Shown: positions 17,455-25,859 of the stretch, piece by piece
Layout of the letters: every line of letters begins with the position of its first letter
How positions within the stretch are numbered: the stretch's first letter is position 1
Assembly: GCA_005878385.1 (NCBI GenBank)
Contig: VBMN01000073.1
Span: forward strand, 1 to 51,074
Direction of reading: 5' to 3'
DNA length: 51,074 nt
Origin: Methanobacteriota archaeon
Lineage (GTDB): Archaea; Thermoplasmatota; Thermoplasmata; RBG-16-68-12
Notes under the pieces: model-generated
Told to the model about the DNA's origin: nothing
Seen by the model: the letters and a program-made list of their open reading frames with translations, nothing else
The model's database searches: none
Position numbers and translations under genes: made by a program

Positions 17455-17799
17455 ATGATGGCTTCGGAGGAATTGCCGCTTGTCGTCACTGACAGCGCGG
17501 TCCACCGGATTCGCGTCTTGCAGCAGAAGGAGAGCCGGCCGGACGCGTCCCTGCGGCTTCGGATCATCGCGGGCGGATGTAGCGGCATGCAGTATCGGAT
17601 GGACCTCGCCGACGCACCGCGTACGAACGATCTGGTCGTGGCAGCCCAAAACGTCCGCGTGTTCGTCGATCCGAAGAGCATGACCTATCTGAAGGGCTCC
17701 AAGCTGGAATGGGAGGAGGACCTGTTCGGCGGTCAGTTCAAGATCACGAACCCGAACGCGAAACACTCCTGTTCGTGCGGTCTGAGTTTTACGATTTGA
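17455..17799 (+). CDS. HesB/IscA/SufA-family Fe-S cluster insertion protein
   Basis: LRLRIIAGGCSGMQY ... C-terminal KHSCSCGLSF (the CxC motif). The ATG at 17455 gives a typical ~114-aa protein; the track ORF starts at a TTG at 17347, immediately after the TATA tract. Confidence 0.85.
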   Translation: MMASEELPLVVTDSAVHRIRVLQQKESRPDASLRLRIIAGGCSGMQYRMDLADAPRTNDLVVAAQNVRVFVDPKSMTYLKGSKLEWEEDLFGGQFKITNPNAKHSCSCGLSFTI

Positions 17800-17809
17800 A
17801 TCCAACCCG

Positions 17810-18973
17810 TCACAACGCGTTCGCGAGCATCTCCGCGAGATCGACGATGCTCAGCGACATGTTCCTCTTCGACGCCACGTCTTCGAAGTGCAGTTCCGCG
17901 TGGGGGCACGTCGTCACGAGGCTCGGGGCGCCGGTGTCTTCCGCGGCGTCGAGACGTCTCTGGGCCACTCCGGCGGCCTGCTCCGGAAACACCGCGGGGA
18001 AGCCTCCGCCGGCACCCGAACACAGGGCATCTTCGTGGTGCGGGAGGATCTCAAGGACCTTGAGGTCCCGAATGAACTTCAACGCCTGCCGGGGCGGTTC
18101 GAAGACCTTTGAAACCCGGGACATGTGGCACGCGTCGTGGAACGCGACCTTCTGCGGGAGCGGTTTCGTGAACGCGATCCGCTTTTCACGAATCAGCTTC
18201 TCCACGTAGTGGGATATGTGGAACACGCTGAACGGCGGGTTCCCTCCCCACCGTTTGTAGTCGAGCGCAAAGGCCCGATAGCACTCCGCGCAGGCCGTCA
18301 CGAGGACCTTCGCCCCGGTCTCCTCGACCGCCTGAATGTTGTGGGGCATCAGCTCTTTCTTCGTGACTTCCTGGTATCCCATCCGAGCGAGGGGCGCACC
18401 CGTGCACCATTCCTCGGCCCCGAGGATCCGGTAGGGGACCTTCGCGGCGTTCAGGATCTTCACCATGGCGCGCGCGATCTGCTGCTTCTTATAACTCGCG
18501 GCGCACCCGACCCAGTACAGGACCTCCGGATTCGGCGACTGCACCGTCTCCGGGGGTAGCCATGAAGTCCGTTGGTCCGAAGGCTCCCCGTACAGGTTGT
18601 GGGTCTCTCGCACGTTCTCGAGATAGGGTTGGAGCTCCGGCCTCTCGTAGCCGGAGGAGACCATCCACGCCTTCACGTCATCCCAGAGGCGGTCGAACGG
18701 GATGTCGACGGGACAGATCTCCTCGCAGGCCCCGCAGCCTGTGCACTCCCACGAGTTCCGCGCGAACTCTTCGCCGGGTTTCACATGGCGGCGGAGCAGC
18801 AGGTCTAGGGGCCCGCGCATCTCGTACTGTCGAAGTGCGAACACCCGACCGCGGGGCGACGCGCCTTCCCAGCCTGCCTCCTGGTACGCGGGGCACACGG
18901 GCACGCAGTAGCCGCACATCGTACAGGCGTGGATATCTTCCTGAATGGAGGGCATCTTTGTGAGGCGAGGCAC
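17810..18973 (-). CDS. (Fe-S)-binding CCG-domain oxidoreductase subunit (GlcF/HdrD/LldE-like)
   Basis: 387 aa. Two ferredoxin motifs (CTMCGYCVPVCP, CTGCGACEEICP) and two Cys-rich CCG-type regions (YWVGCAASY..., FHDACHM...LCSGAGGG). Confidence 0.75.
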   Translation of the reverse strand: MPRLTKMPSIQEDIHACTMCGYCVPVCPAYQEAGWEGASPRGRVFALRQYEMRGPLDLLLRRHVKPGEEFARNSWECTGCGACEEICPVDIPFDRLWDDVKAWMVSSGYERPELQPYLENVRETHNLYGEPSDQRTSWLPPETVQSPNPEVLYWVGCAASYKKQQIARAMVKILNAAKVPYRILGAEEWCTGAPLARMGYQEVTKKELMPHNIQAVEETGAKVLVTACAECYRAFALDYKRWGGNPPFSVFHISHYVEKLIREKRIAFTKPLPQKVAFHDACHMSRVSKVFEPPRQALKFIRDLKVLEILPHHEDALCSGAGGGFPAVFPEQAAGVAQRRLDAAEDTGAPSLVTTCPHAELHFEDVASKRNMSLSIVDLAEMLANAL

Positions 18974-18991
18974 TCAATCCCACCTTCCCGA

Positions 18992-19576
18992 TCAGGTGCG
19001 GAGCTCCGCGAGCTGGCGGTCGGCCTGGAGGGCTTGGCCCTCGTCCTCGCTCGCGAGCTCCTCGAGGAGGGTGCGGGCGGGTCCCGCGACGTTGCCGGCC
19101 GACGCGCGGAACAGGACGGCGGATTGGCGGCCGGTTTCCGAGGCGATCTCCCAGGCCTTCGTCAGGGCGATCTCCTTCTCGAAGGCATAACGCGCGGCGC
19201 CGCAACTGGGACACGCGCTCGGCATCGCTTTCGTCTCGGCGACAAATCCGCACACGTAGCACTCGACCTTGGCGACGGCATCAAGCGGATAAATACCGGG
19301 CATCACGGCAGCGTGCGTCGCGTTCGATCCCGCAATCGCCTCGAGCTTCGCGAGCTGGGCCTTCTTCCGACGGCCCATGTCCTCGAAGGCCACCTTCACG
19401 CGCATTTCCGCCACGGCGGCGTTCGCAAGATCGTAGAAGGTGAGGCCCTCCACGACGGCTCCGATCGCTCGCGCGAGGGCGTCCGACTCCCTTCCAACCT
19501 TCGAGGTCAAGGCACCCGGCCACCCAGAATCCAATCGATTTCTGGATGCGGCCGAGAGGATATCAAGATTTGCCAC
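18992..19576 (-). CDS. Hypothetical protein with rubredoxin-like CxxC...CxxC zinc ribbon
   Basis: VECYVCGF...ACPSCGAARY. I set the start at the GTG at 19576 because anything further upstream overlaps sufT. The track ORF runs to 19876. Confidence 0.4.
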   Translation of the reverse strand: MANLDILSAASRNRLDSGWPGALTSKVGRESDALARAIGAVVEGLTFYDLANAAVAEMRVKVAFEDMGRRKKAQLAKLEAIAGSNATHAAVMPGIYPLDAVAKVECYVCGFVAETKAMPSACPSCGAARYAFEKEIALTKAWEIASETGRQSAVLFRASAGNVAGPARTLLEELASEDEGQALQADRQLAELRT

Positions 19577-19605
19577 TTGTGCCGCTGCGGTCGGCGCCGG
19601 ACAGA

Positions 19606-19914
19606 TCAGATGCCCCAGCCGAACTGCTTCTTCGCGGTTTCGGACATCATCTCGGGCGTCCACGGCGGGTCCCAGACGATGTTCACGACCGCTTCCTTGA
19701 CGCCCTGGAGTTGCTCGAGCTTTCGCTTCACGTCTTGGTGGATATATGCCGAGGCGGGGCATCCGGGGGCCGTCAGCGTCATGCGGACGTCGACCTTGCC
19801 CTCGTCCGGCTTGAGGTCGATGTTGTAGACCAGGCCGAGATCGTAGATGTTGATCGGAATCTCGGGGTCGTAGCATTTCCTCAGGATGCCGATCACTTCT
19901 TCCTTCGTGGCCAT
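19606..19914 (-). CDS. sufT: SufT/DUF59 (MIP18-family) Fe-S assembly protein
   Basis: MATKEEVIGILRKCYDPEIPINIYDLGLVY...MTLTAPGCPA. A GAGGT lies a few nt upstream of the ATG at 19914. Confidence 0.8.
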   Translation of the reverse strand: MATKEEVIGILRKCYDPEIPINIYDLGLVYNIDLKPDEGKVDVRMTLTAPGCPASAYIHQDVKRKLEQLQGVKEAVVNIVWDPPWTPEMMSETAKKQFGWGI

Positions 19915-19953
19915 GGGCGGTACCTCAATTAATCCCACGTGGCCCGCGGGATA

Positions 19954-20415
19954 TTAACGTTCCGATTGGGTGGGGAGGGCCTTTCGGCCCGCGAACCCGC
20001 TCCCGAGGGTGTGCCACCATGCAATCCGGTCCTCGCCCCGCTGCCAACACAGGTAGACGACCTCGTTGCCGATCCGCGCGGGGAAGTCGACGAGTCCGCG
20101 ATGGAGGTCCTTCACCTCGCAGCCGAGGGCGAGCACCGCGTCGATGTCAGCTTGGACCGAACGATCGAGGTCTGCCTGGGCCTGCAGCAGGTCCGCGTAC
20201 GACTCGCGGTCCGTCGCAGGCGCACCGGTCAGACCCTCGCCGTAGTACGCCTCGGAATCCTCGACGAGATCCTTGAGTTCCCGCAACCGGGCGAGCTTTG
20301 GATCGAGGAGGAGGAAGATCTCTTCCAACTGGGGGATGAGCGCGTTCGCCTCCTCTTCCGTGAAGAGACGCAAGTTCGCGTCCGAGTGCAGTCGAACGTC
20401 CGCCGGGCCGCCCAT
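19954..20415 (-). CDS. DUF2203 family protein
   Basis: RLFTEEEANALIPQLEEIF...GCEVKDLHRGLVDFPA...VYLCWQRGEDRIAWWH. The ATG (M28) at 20415 avoids overlapping the metE stop. Confidence 0.6.
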   Translation of the reverse strand: MGGPADVRLHSDANLRLFTEEEANALIPQLEEIFLLLDPKLARLRELKDLVEDSEAYYGEGLTGAPATDRESYADLLQAQADLDRSVQADIDAVLALGCEVKDLHRGLVDFPARIGNEVVYLCWQRGEDRIAWWHTLGSGFAGRKALPTQSER

Positions 20416-20464
20416 ATTTCTGACCTCCAGACATCCATTGCCGCCGAGGGACTTTACCTTTGTC

Positions 20465-21436
20465 CTAGGTGAGTCCTCGAGCCTTACGGACGGCACGTGC
20501 CGCCGCGACCATGTTCCGCAACTTGCCCTGCGCCTCCTCGACGCTACGCGTCTTGAGGCCGCAGTCCGGGTCGATGTAGAGCTTCGCGGGCGAGAAGATC
20601 GTGAGGGCTTTCTCGATCCGCTCTCGGATCAAGGATTCCGGTTCGATCACATGGCTGTGGACGTCCACGACGCCGAAGGCAATCTCCTTTTTGAGCGGCT
20701 CCCGCTTGAAACGTTCCAGCAGGTCGAGCCCGGAATTCGACATCTCGAGATCGAGCTGGTCCACGGGAAGCTGGTTGAAGTAGTCGAAAATCTCGTTGTA
20801 GTTACCGTAGCAGGTGTGCAAGACCGTCTTCGCCGTGAGCCCCTTCGTCACGATGCCCACGGCCTTCACGAGGAGCGGCAACTCATCGAAACGGGTGGAG
20901 AGGGCGGGCTCGTCGACTTGGACGACCTTGGCCCCCGCGGCCTCGAGGGCGACCGCCTCCTCGTGGAGCAGTTTTGCGAAGGCGAGACAGGCATCCGCCC
21001 GCGAACCGTAGTATTCGTCGAACGACCAGTCCATCATCGTGTACGGCCCGGTGATCATCCCCTTCACCGGTCGTTCCGTCTGGGCCTGGGCGAAGGTAAA
21101 CCAATCCACGCTGATGGGGCCACGTCGCTTCAGCTCGTCGACGATGATCGGCTTCTTGTAGTATCGGTTCCCATAAGACCGTACGAGCCCGGAGATTTCG
21201 GTTCCCTCGAGGTTTTCCGCGAAGTACGTCGCCATGTCACCACGGTATTGCTCGCCGTCGACGAGGATGTCGATCCCGATTTCTTCTTGGAACCGGATCC
21301 ACTCGGAGGTCGCCTTTTCCTCGAGGGTCCGCAAACCATCCGAGGAAAGCCCTCCCTTCGAAGCCTTCGTCCGCGCGCGCGTCAGGTATTCCGGTTTTGG
21401 AAAGGACCCGACGCTGGTCGTTAGGAGGGCGCTCAG
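20465..21436 (-). CDS. metE: Cobalamin-independent methionine synthase, catalytic (C-terminal MetE-type) half; apparent non-canonical CTG start or frameshift junction
   Basis: Zn-site and substrate motifs: LHTCYGN, DVHSH, IDPDCGLKTR. The conserved N-terminal block LLTTSVGSFPKPEYL lies upstream of the first canonical start (TTG at 21334). The only plausible initiator is the CTG at 21436, which overlaps the upstream TGA (CTGA). Confidence 0.7.
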   Translation of the reverse strand: MSALLTTSVGSFPKPEYLTRARTKASKGGLSSDGLRTLEEKATSEWIRFQEEIGIDILVDGEQYRGDMATYFAENLEGTEISGLVRSYGNRYYKKPIIVDELKRRGPISVDWFTFAQAQTERPVKGMITGPYTMMDWSFDEYYGSRADACLAFAKLLHEEAVALEAAGAKVVQVDEPALSTRFDELPLLVKAVGIVTKGLTAKTVLHTCYGNYNEIFDYFNQLPVDQLDLEMSNSGLDLLERFKREPLKKEIAFGVVDVHSHVIEPESLIRERIEKALTIFSPAKLYIDPDCGLKTRSVEEAQGKLRNMVAAARAVRKARGLT

Positions 21437-22410
21437 GCACCCACCCCCACTTTCTTCGCGGCGGCGCGGAGGATCCGAAGTTTCTTTCGGGCCCGGTCCC
21501 GGGGAAGGAATTCGAGGCCGTTCGAAGGGGACAAGTAGGAGGACTTCAGGTCGATTGCTGACTTCAGATCCAAAGCCTTCTTCGCAATCGCGGCAGGATC
21601 CTCCTCTTTCGTATTCCGCGCGTCAACCAAGCCGAGGACTAGGGGCTTCGTCGAGCCGTGCTTCGCGAGGGGAGTCCACGTGGCCGATCCTTGCACCAGA
21701 TCAAGGCCAAGGATGTCCGCGGGCACTTCGGCGAGATCTTTGTAGATCGTGGCGACATCGCCGAAGAATGTGAACAGGGTCAGGGTCGCGCTGGACTTGT
21801 GAGATCGGATCCGTTCGAGGCTTTCCGAGACGAGAGATAGGTCGTTCGGATGGCGGGTGAGGATCGGCTCATCGATCTGGACGTGAGACGCACCTGCCTG
21901 GACGAGCGTTCCCACTTCTTCCCCGATTGCCGTTGCGAGATCGAGAGCGAGCGTCTTCTTGGACCGATAGTGTTTGTCCAGCGCCAGAGAGGCGAGAGTC
22001 ACGGGCCCAGTCAGGACCGCCTTCACGGGAGCCTTGGAGTTCGATTGAGCGAACTTCCATTCGTCCACGAATACGGGCTCCTTCCACCCAACCGCTCCGC
22101 TGACGACCGGTTGTCGATAGTACGTGTTCGTGTCGAAGTACCGCACAAGCCCGTTGATCTCGATGGACGTGAGTTTCCCCGCGAAGTGGCTCTGGCTGTC
22201 GTACCAGGAGATCTGCCCATCCGTGACGAGGTCGATGCCGATCTCATTCTGCTCACGAAGGACGTCCCGAACCGTATCTCGCTCGACGACCTGGAGGTCG
22301 GCCTCACCGATTTCGCCTCGGTCTAGGCGCGCGATTCCCCGTCGGAGGGCCTGCTCTTCGAAGGTCTCTCCGATCCGAGGATACGTTCCGACGACGGTCG
22401 TTTGCACCAT
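21433..22410 (-). CDS. MetE N-terminal-domain-like protein (non-catalytic half of split methionine synthase)
   Basis: 325 aa. MVQTTVVGTYPRIG..., QIDEPIL, LVDARNTK, but no H-x-C or C-terminal Cys Zn ligands. It sits directly upstream of the catalytic half. Confidence 0.75.
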   Translation of the reverse strand: MVQTTVVGTYPRIGETFEEQALRRGIARLDRGEIGEADLQVVERDTVRDVLREQNEIGIDLVTDGQISWYDSQSHFAGKLTSIEINGLVRYFDTNTYYRQPVVSGAVGWKEPVFVDEWKFAQSNSKAPVKAVLTGPVTLASLALDKHYRSKKTLALDLATAIGEEVGTLVQAGASHVQIDEPILTRHPNDLSLVSESLERIRSHKSSATLTLFTFFGDVATIYKDLAEVPADILGLDLVQGSATWTPLAKHGSTKPLVLGLVDARNTKEEDPAAIAKKALDLKSAIDLKSSYLSPSNGLEFLPRDRARKKLRILRAAAKKVGVGA

Positions 22411-22424
22411 GCAAGCTTCCTCGA

Positions 22425-22463
22425 GTGACTCGGACAGTCACGCATGTTCGGGTGGGATAAAAG
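22425..22463 (-). promoter_or_regulatory. metE upstream region: TATA-like CTTTTATC plus palindrome GTGACT-N5-AGTCAC in the leader
   Basis: Plus-strand GATAAAAG at 22456-22463 lies ~50 nt upstream of the ATG at 22410. There is a perfect 6-bp inverted repeat at 22425-22430 / 22436-22441. Confidence 0.35.
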
Positions 22464-22507
22464 CCTTGCAATTCCAATCGGAATACTGAGATGAATCGCC
22501 CGCGGCC

Positions 22508-23350
22508 TCACTTCTCGACCTGCTCTTCGAGGAGCTTGACTTCGCCTTGAAGGTTAATGTGGTAAAAGCCATCGAGGTCCTTGTAGCCAATCTCCTCCAT
22601 GTGGAGACAGTCGACGGGACAGACGTCGACGCATTGTTGGCAGCCGATGCACTTCGTGTAGTCGAACTCCGGGATCACGATCGGCTTTCCCTTTCGGTCG
22701 TTCGGACCGTCGAGCATGTCGATGCAACGAGTCGGACATTCCCGCTCGCATTTCTTGCATCCGATGCACACGTCCGCTTCCAGAATCGGATGTTCCCCGA
22801 TACGGTTGATCAGGACGATCTCCTTGTCCGAGTTCTCCTTTGGCATGCGCAGCTCGTCCGCGCGGTAGTATAGGTCTTCCCGTGCGTAGTCCGCGAGCTC
22901 GAACTCCTGCGTGAAGTTCCACGCGTCCGTGGGACAGTACTCCATGCAGTTCCCGCAGAACAGACAGTGTCCGATGTCCACCGCCGGCCGCCGGATCACT
23001 TTCTTCATCTCGTCCAGCTGCGCGCGGCTCGGATGAAGGAACTCCGACGTGGGTTCGACCTCGTAGAACTCGAAGTAGATGCATTCGTTCGGGCAGACCT
23101 TCGCGCACAACTCGCACCCAATGCACTTGAACCAGTCGATGCTGTGCTGACCACGGTATGCAAGAGGGAGCTCGACCTTCTGGTACGGATAGAGATGGGT
23201 AACCGGCTTCCGGCCGCCGGGGACAAGGCGGTTGATGCCGGGCATCGTGACGAGGGCTTGTTTGATCGTCGCGATGAGGGGACGGACGGTCCCGCCGATC
23301 GTGCCGACTTTGCGGCGGCGGGGCTCATCCTCGGACTTGGGGGACTTCAT
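22508..23350 (-). CDS. NuoI-like polyferredoxin (four CxxCxxCxxxCP motifs)
   Basis: N-terminus KPVTHLYPYQKVELPLAYRGQH followed by CIGCELCAKVCP and CLFCGNCMEYCP (a NuoI-type core). An extra C-terminal 2x[4Fe-4S] domain carries CIGCKKCERECP and CIGCQQCVDVCP. Confidence 0.75.
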   Translation of the reverse strand: MKSPKSEDEPRRRKVGTIGGTVRPLIATIKQALVTMPGINRLVPGGRKPVTHLYPYQKVELPLAYRGQHSIDWFKCIGCELCAKVCPNECIYFEFYEVEPTSEFLHPSRAQLDEMKKVIRRPAVDIGHCLFCGNCMEYCPTDAWNFTQEFELADYAREDLYYRADELRMPKENSDKEIVLINRIGEHPILEADVCIGCKKCERECPTRCIDMLDGPNDRKGKPIVIPEFDYTKCIGCQQCVDVCPVDCLHMEEIGYKDLDGFYHINLQGEVKLLEEQVEK

Positions 23351-23990
23351 ACGTGTACTCGCCCTTCTGCATGTCCATCAGCTGGCCCTCGCGCGCGCTC
23401 ACGAGGCGGCCCTTTTTCGTTCGGACCCATCCGCCCCGCTCCGCCTTGATCTTCGCGCTCAGCTTCAGAAACCCGTCGATCAGCGCCTCCGGCCGGACCG
23501 GGCATCCAGGGATGAAGATGTCCGTCGGAACGAACGTGTATGAGCCCTTCACGATGCTGTAGGAGTCGTAGTACGGGCCGCCGCAAATCGTACACTCGCC
23601 CATCGCGATCACCCACTTCGGCTCGGCCATCTGTTCGTACAGCCGACGGACGGCCGGTCGCAGCTTCAACGAAATCGGGCCGTTCAGCAAGAGCACATCG
23701 CATTGCCTCGGGGACGAGCGATAGATCACGCCGAAGCGTTCCACGTCGTACCGCGGATCCGAGGTCGCGGCCATCTCGATCGCGCAACACATGATGCCAA
23801 AGTGCAAGGGCCACGTGGAGTTTCGCTTCGCCCAGTTGAAGAACTCGCCGACGAGGCCGCCCTTGAGCGTGTCGAGCAGGGCACCACCGGGGCCGCGCTT
23901 CATCGGCGCGTCGATGTTCTCTTCGACCCACTTCACGAAATCCTTCGAACGGAGGCCGACGATGTTCGACTGTTCTGCCCGCTGAATCAT
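23325..23990 (-). CDS. nuoB: NADH-quinone oxidoreductase subunit B-like (NuoB / 20-kDa / hydrogenase small-subunit fold)
   Basis: WPLHFGIMCCAIEM, VIAMGECTICGG, IPGCPVRPEA (the four N2-cluster Cys). GGAGG lies 11-15 nt upstream of the ATG at 23990. It overlaps the NuoI-like ORF by 26 nt. Confidence 0.85.
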   Translation of the reverse strand: MIQRAEQSNIVGLRSKDFVKWVEENIDAPMKRGPGGALLDTLKGGLVGEFFNWAKRNSTWPLHFGIMCCAIEMAATSDPRYDVERFGVIYRSSPRQCDVLLLNGPISLKLRPAVRRLYEQMAEPKWVIAMGECTICGGPYYDSYSIVKGSYTFVPTDIFIPGCPVRPEALIDGFLKLSAKIKAERGGWVRTKKGRLVSAREGQLMDMQKGEYTYEVPQVRG

Positions 23991-24165
23991 TAGCTCCGGA
24001 CCTCCGTCCCGTACGCGGCGGGTCGCTCCCGGTCGACTCGAATATCGGGGTCGCTCTTAACCCTTCGTCCGCAAATGTTCACGACCGTTTCGCCTCCGGG
24101 TTTCCGACCGATTCCGCGTGATGAAATGTACCCCCCGGCGGACTTAAAGGTTGGGCCCCTACGAC

Positions 24166-25776
24166 TCACATCGGCGTTCGGGACTCGAGCCCGCCCCAGG
24201 AGGCCCACCACGGCGCATCGGAAAACAGGACGCCGGGATTCAGGAGGCCCTGCGGGTCGAAGGCCTTCTTGGTCGCGCGCATCACCTCGTACACCTCTCG
24301 TCCCCATACTCGCGGTAGGGTCTCGGCTCGTAGGCGACCGATCCCATGTTCGCCGGACGGCGCGCCATGGAAGCGGTCGAGGACCGCATCGTCGAATTCC
24401 TCCCGCAATGCGCGCATCCGTTCAAAATCCGCCGGGTCCGTGGGATCGAACAAGGGTCGGTAATGCGTGTTCCCATCGCCAATGTGGCCGTAGATCCCCG
24501 CGACGGTCGCATGCCTCTGTGTGAGTCCCACGAGGAACTCGATGAATTCCGGAACCCGGTCGCGCGGCACGATGGGATCCTCCACGAAGCCCCAGGCCTT
24601 GCGGGCTCCGGGGCGCTGAATGATTGTCGGGAACACAGACCGGCGGAGCTTCCAAAGGCTCGCTTGAGTCTGTGCATCTTCGGCGACGTCGGCGGTGCGA
24701 CTCAATCGGTATCGAGAGGCGATCGTCCCGACCACGGTGGCGACGACGGCATCGAGATCGCCCTCGTCGAATTCGACGAGGAGCATGACCTCCGCGCCCG
24801 CAGGCACGCCGTGAACCTCGCGGCCAATCAGATCCAAGGAGGCGCCATCGATGGCCTCCATCGCGCTCGGGCTCAGGGCGAGGAGATCCGCGACGAGCGA
24901 GCCGAGTTCCCCGAAGCGATCGAGATACAGGAGCACGGTGACGCGCCGGGGAGGGATTGGGAGGACGCGGAGGGTGACCTCCGTCACGATTCCAAGTGTC
25001 CCTTCGCTGCCGACGAAGAGCCCCGCGAGCGGGAAGATCCCGCGGGAGAGCGAGTCCGCGATCGTCGCCAGGTCGTAGCCGCAGGAATGCTTCCGGATGG
25101 GACGGCGGCTCGAGAGGATGGCCTCCCGATGCCCTTCAATCTCTGCGCGAACGCGCTCCAGACACGGAGACTGCTTCGTGGCCTGCTTCCATTCCCGACC
25201 GTCGATCATCAGGTCGCGAGCGGTCAGCACGGTCCCATCGAGGAGGGCGACTCGGAGGGAAAGGACATGATCTCTCGTTTGACCGTATTTCACGCTCCGA
25301 TATCCGGAGGCGTTGTGTCCGACCATCCCGCCGATTCGACACAGGTCTTGACTCCCGGGATCGGGAGCGATTCGAACGCCTCGTTCGGCTAGGTACGCAT
25401 TCAATTCGGCAAGAAGGATCCCCGGTTGGACCGTGACGCACTGCCTAGTCGCGTCGAATCCGATGATCCGGTTGAAGCGCGTCGTGTCCAGGACGACCCC
25501 AGGGCCGATGGCCGCGCCAGATAGGGAGGTCCCTGAGGCACGTGGCGTCAGAGGGATCCGGAGGTCACGACATACCCGCAGGACGGCGAGGACGTCCGCC
25601 TCGCTCGCGGCGAATACGACCGCGCGCGGTTCCACGGCACACGGACTCGCGTCCGTCGAATAGGCGTGCCGACTCCCCTCGTCCGTTCGGACCTTTTCGG
25701 CTCCAAGCGCGAGGGTGAGCGAACGACCGAGTGTCGCCTCATCCGTGGATGCCATTCTGTCGGCCAGCGAATCCAT
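24166..25776 (-). CDS. FAD-linked oxidase (GlcD / D-lactate dehydrogenase family)
   Basis: 536 aa. FAD_binding_4-like N-terminal half (PRASGTSLSGAA) and C-terminal HIGDGNTH, GAPSGEHGIG, KAFDPQGLLNPG. Confidence 0.85.
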   Translation of the reverse strand: MDSLADRMASTDEATLGRSLTLALGAEKVRTDEGSRHAYSTDASPCAVEPRAVVFAASEADVLAVLRVCRDLRIPLTPRASGTSLSGAAIGPGVVLDTTRFNRIIGFDATRQCVTVQPGILLAELNAYLAERGVRIAPDPGSQDLCRIGGMVGHNASGYRSVKYGQTRDHVLSLRVALLDGTVLTARDLMIDGREWKQATKQSPCLERVRAEIEGHREAILSSRRPIRKHSCGYDLATIADSLSRGIFPLAGLFVGSEGTLGIVTEVTLRVLPIPPRRVTVLLYLDRFGELGSLVADLLALSPSAMEAIDGASLDLIGREVHGVPAGAEVMLLVEFDEGDLDAVVATVVGTIASRYRLSRTADVAEDAQTQASLWKLRRSVFPTIIQRPGARKAWGFVEDPIVPRDRVPEFIEFLVGLTQRHATVAGIYGHIGDGNTHYRPLFDPTDPADFERMRALREEFDDAVLDRFHGAPSGEHGIGRLRAETLPRVWGREVYEVMRATKKAFDPQGLLNPGVLFSDAPWWASWGGLESRTPM

Positions 25777-25828
25777 GGGAGGCGTTTCTCATTTTCGGGA
25801 GCGGCGGTCGGTCGCACGGGGAACAACG

Positions 25829-25834
25829 TTTATC
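25829..25834 (+). promoter_or_regulatory. TATA-like box for the TrmB-family gene (leaderless GTG)
   Basis: TTTATC lies ~27 nt upstream of the GTG at 25860. Confidence 0.4.
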
Positions 25835-25859
25835 TCGGCCGTCGTCTTCGAAGGATTCC

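Noticed and set aside
21431-21450. Programmed -1 ribosomal frameshift joining the two MetE halves
   Set aside because: There is no X XXY YYZ slippery heptamer in the upstream frame (AAA GTG GGG GTG GGT GCC TGA), and I saw no obvious downstream pseudoknot. CTG reinitiation or a G-run indel are simpler explanations.
17810-25776. GlcD-like FAD oxidase and GlcF-like Fe-S protein as one glycolate/lactate oxidase operon
   Set aside because: The two genes are ~5 kb apart and separated by unrelated genes (sufT, DUF2203, metE, nuoB/I). An operon cannot be claimed from this window.
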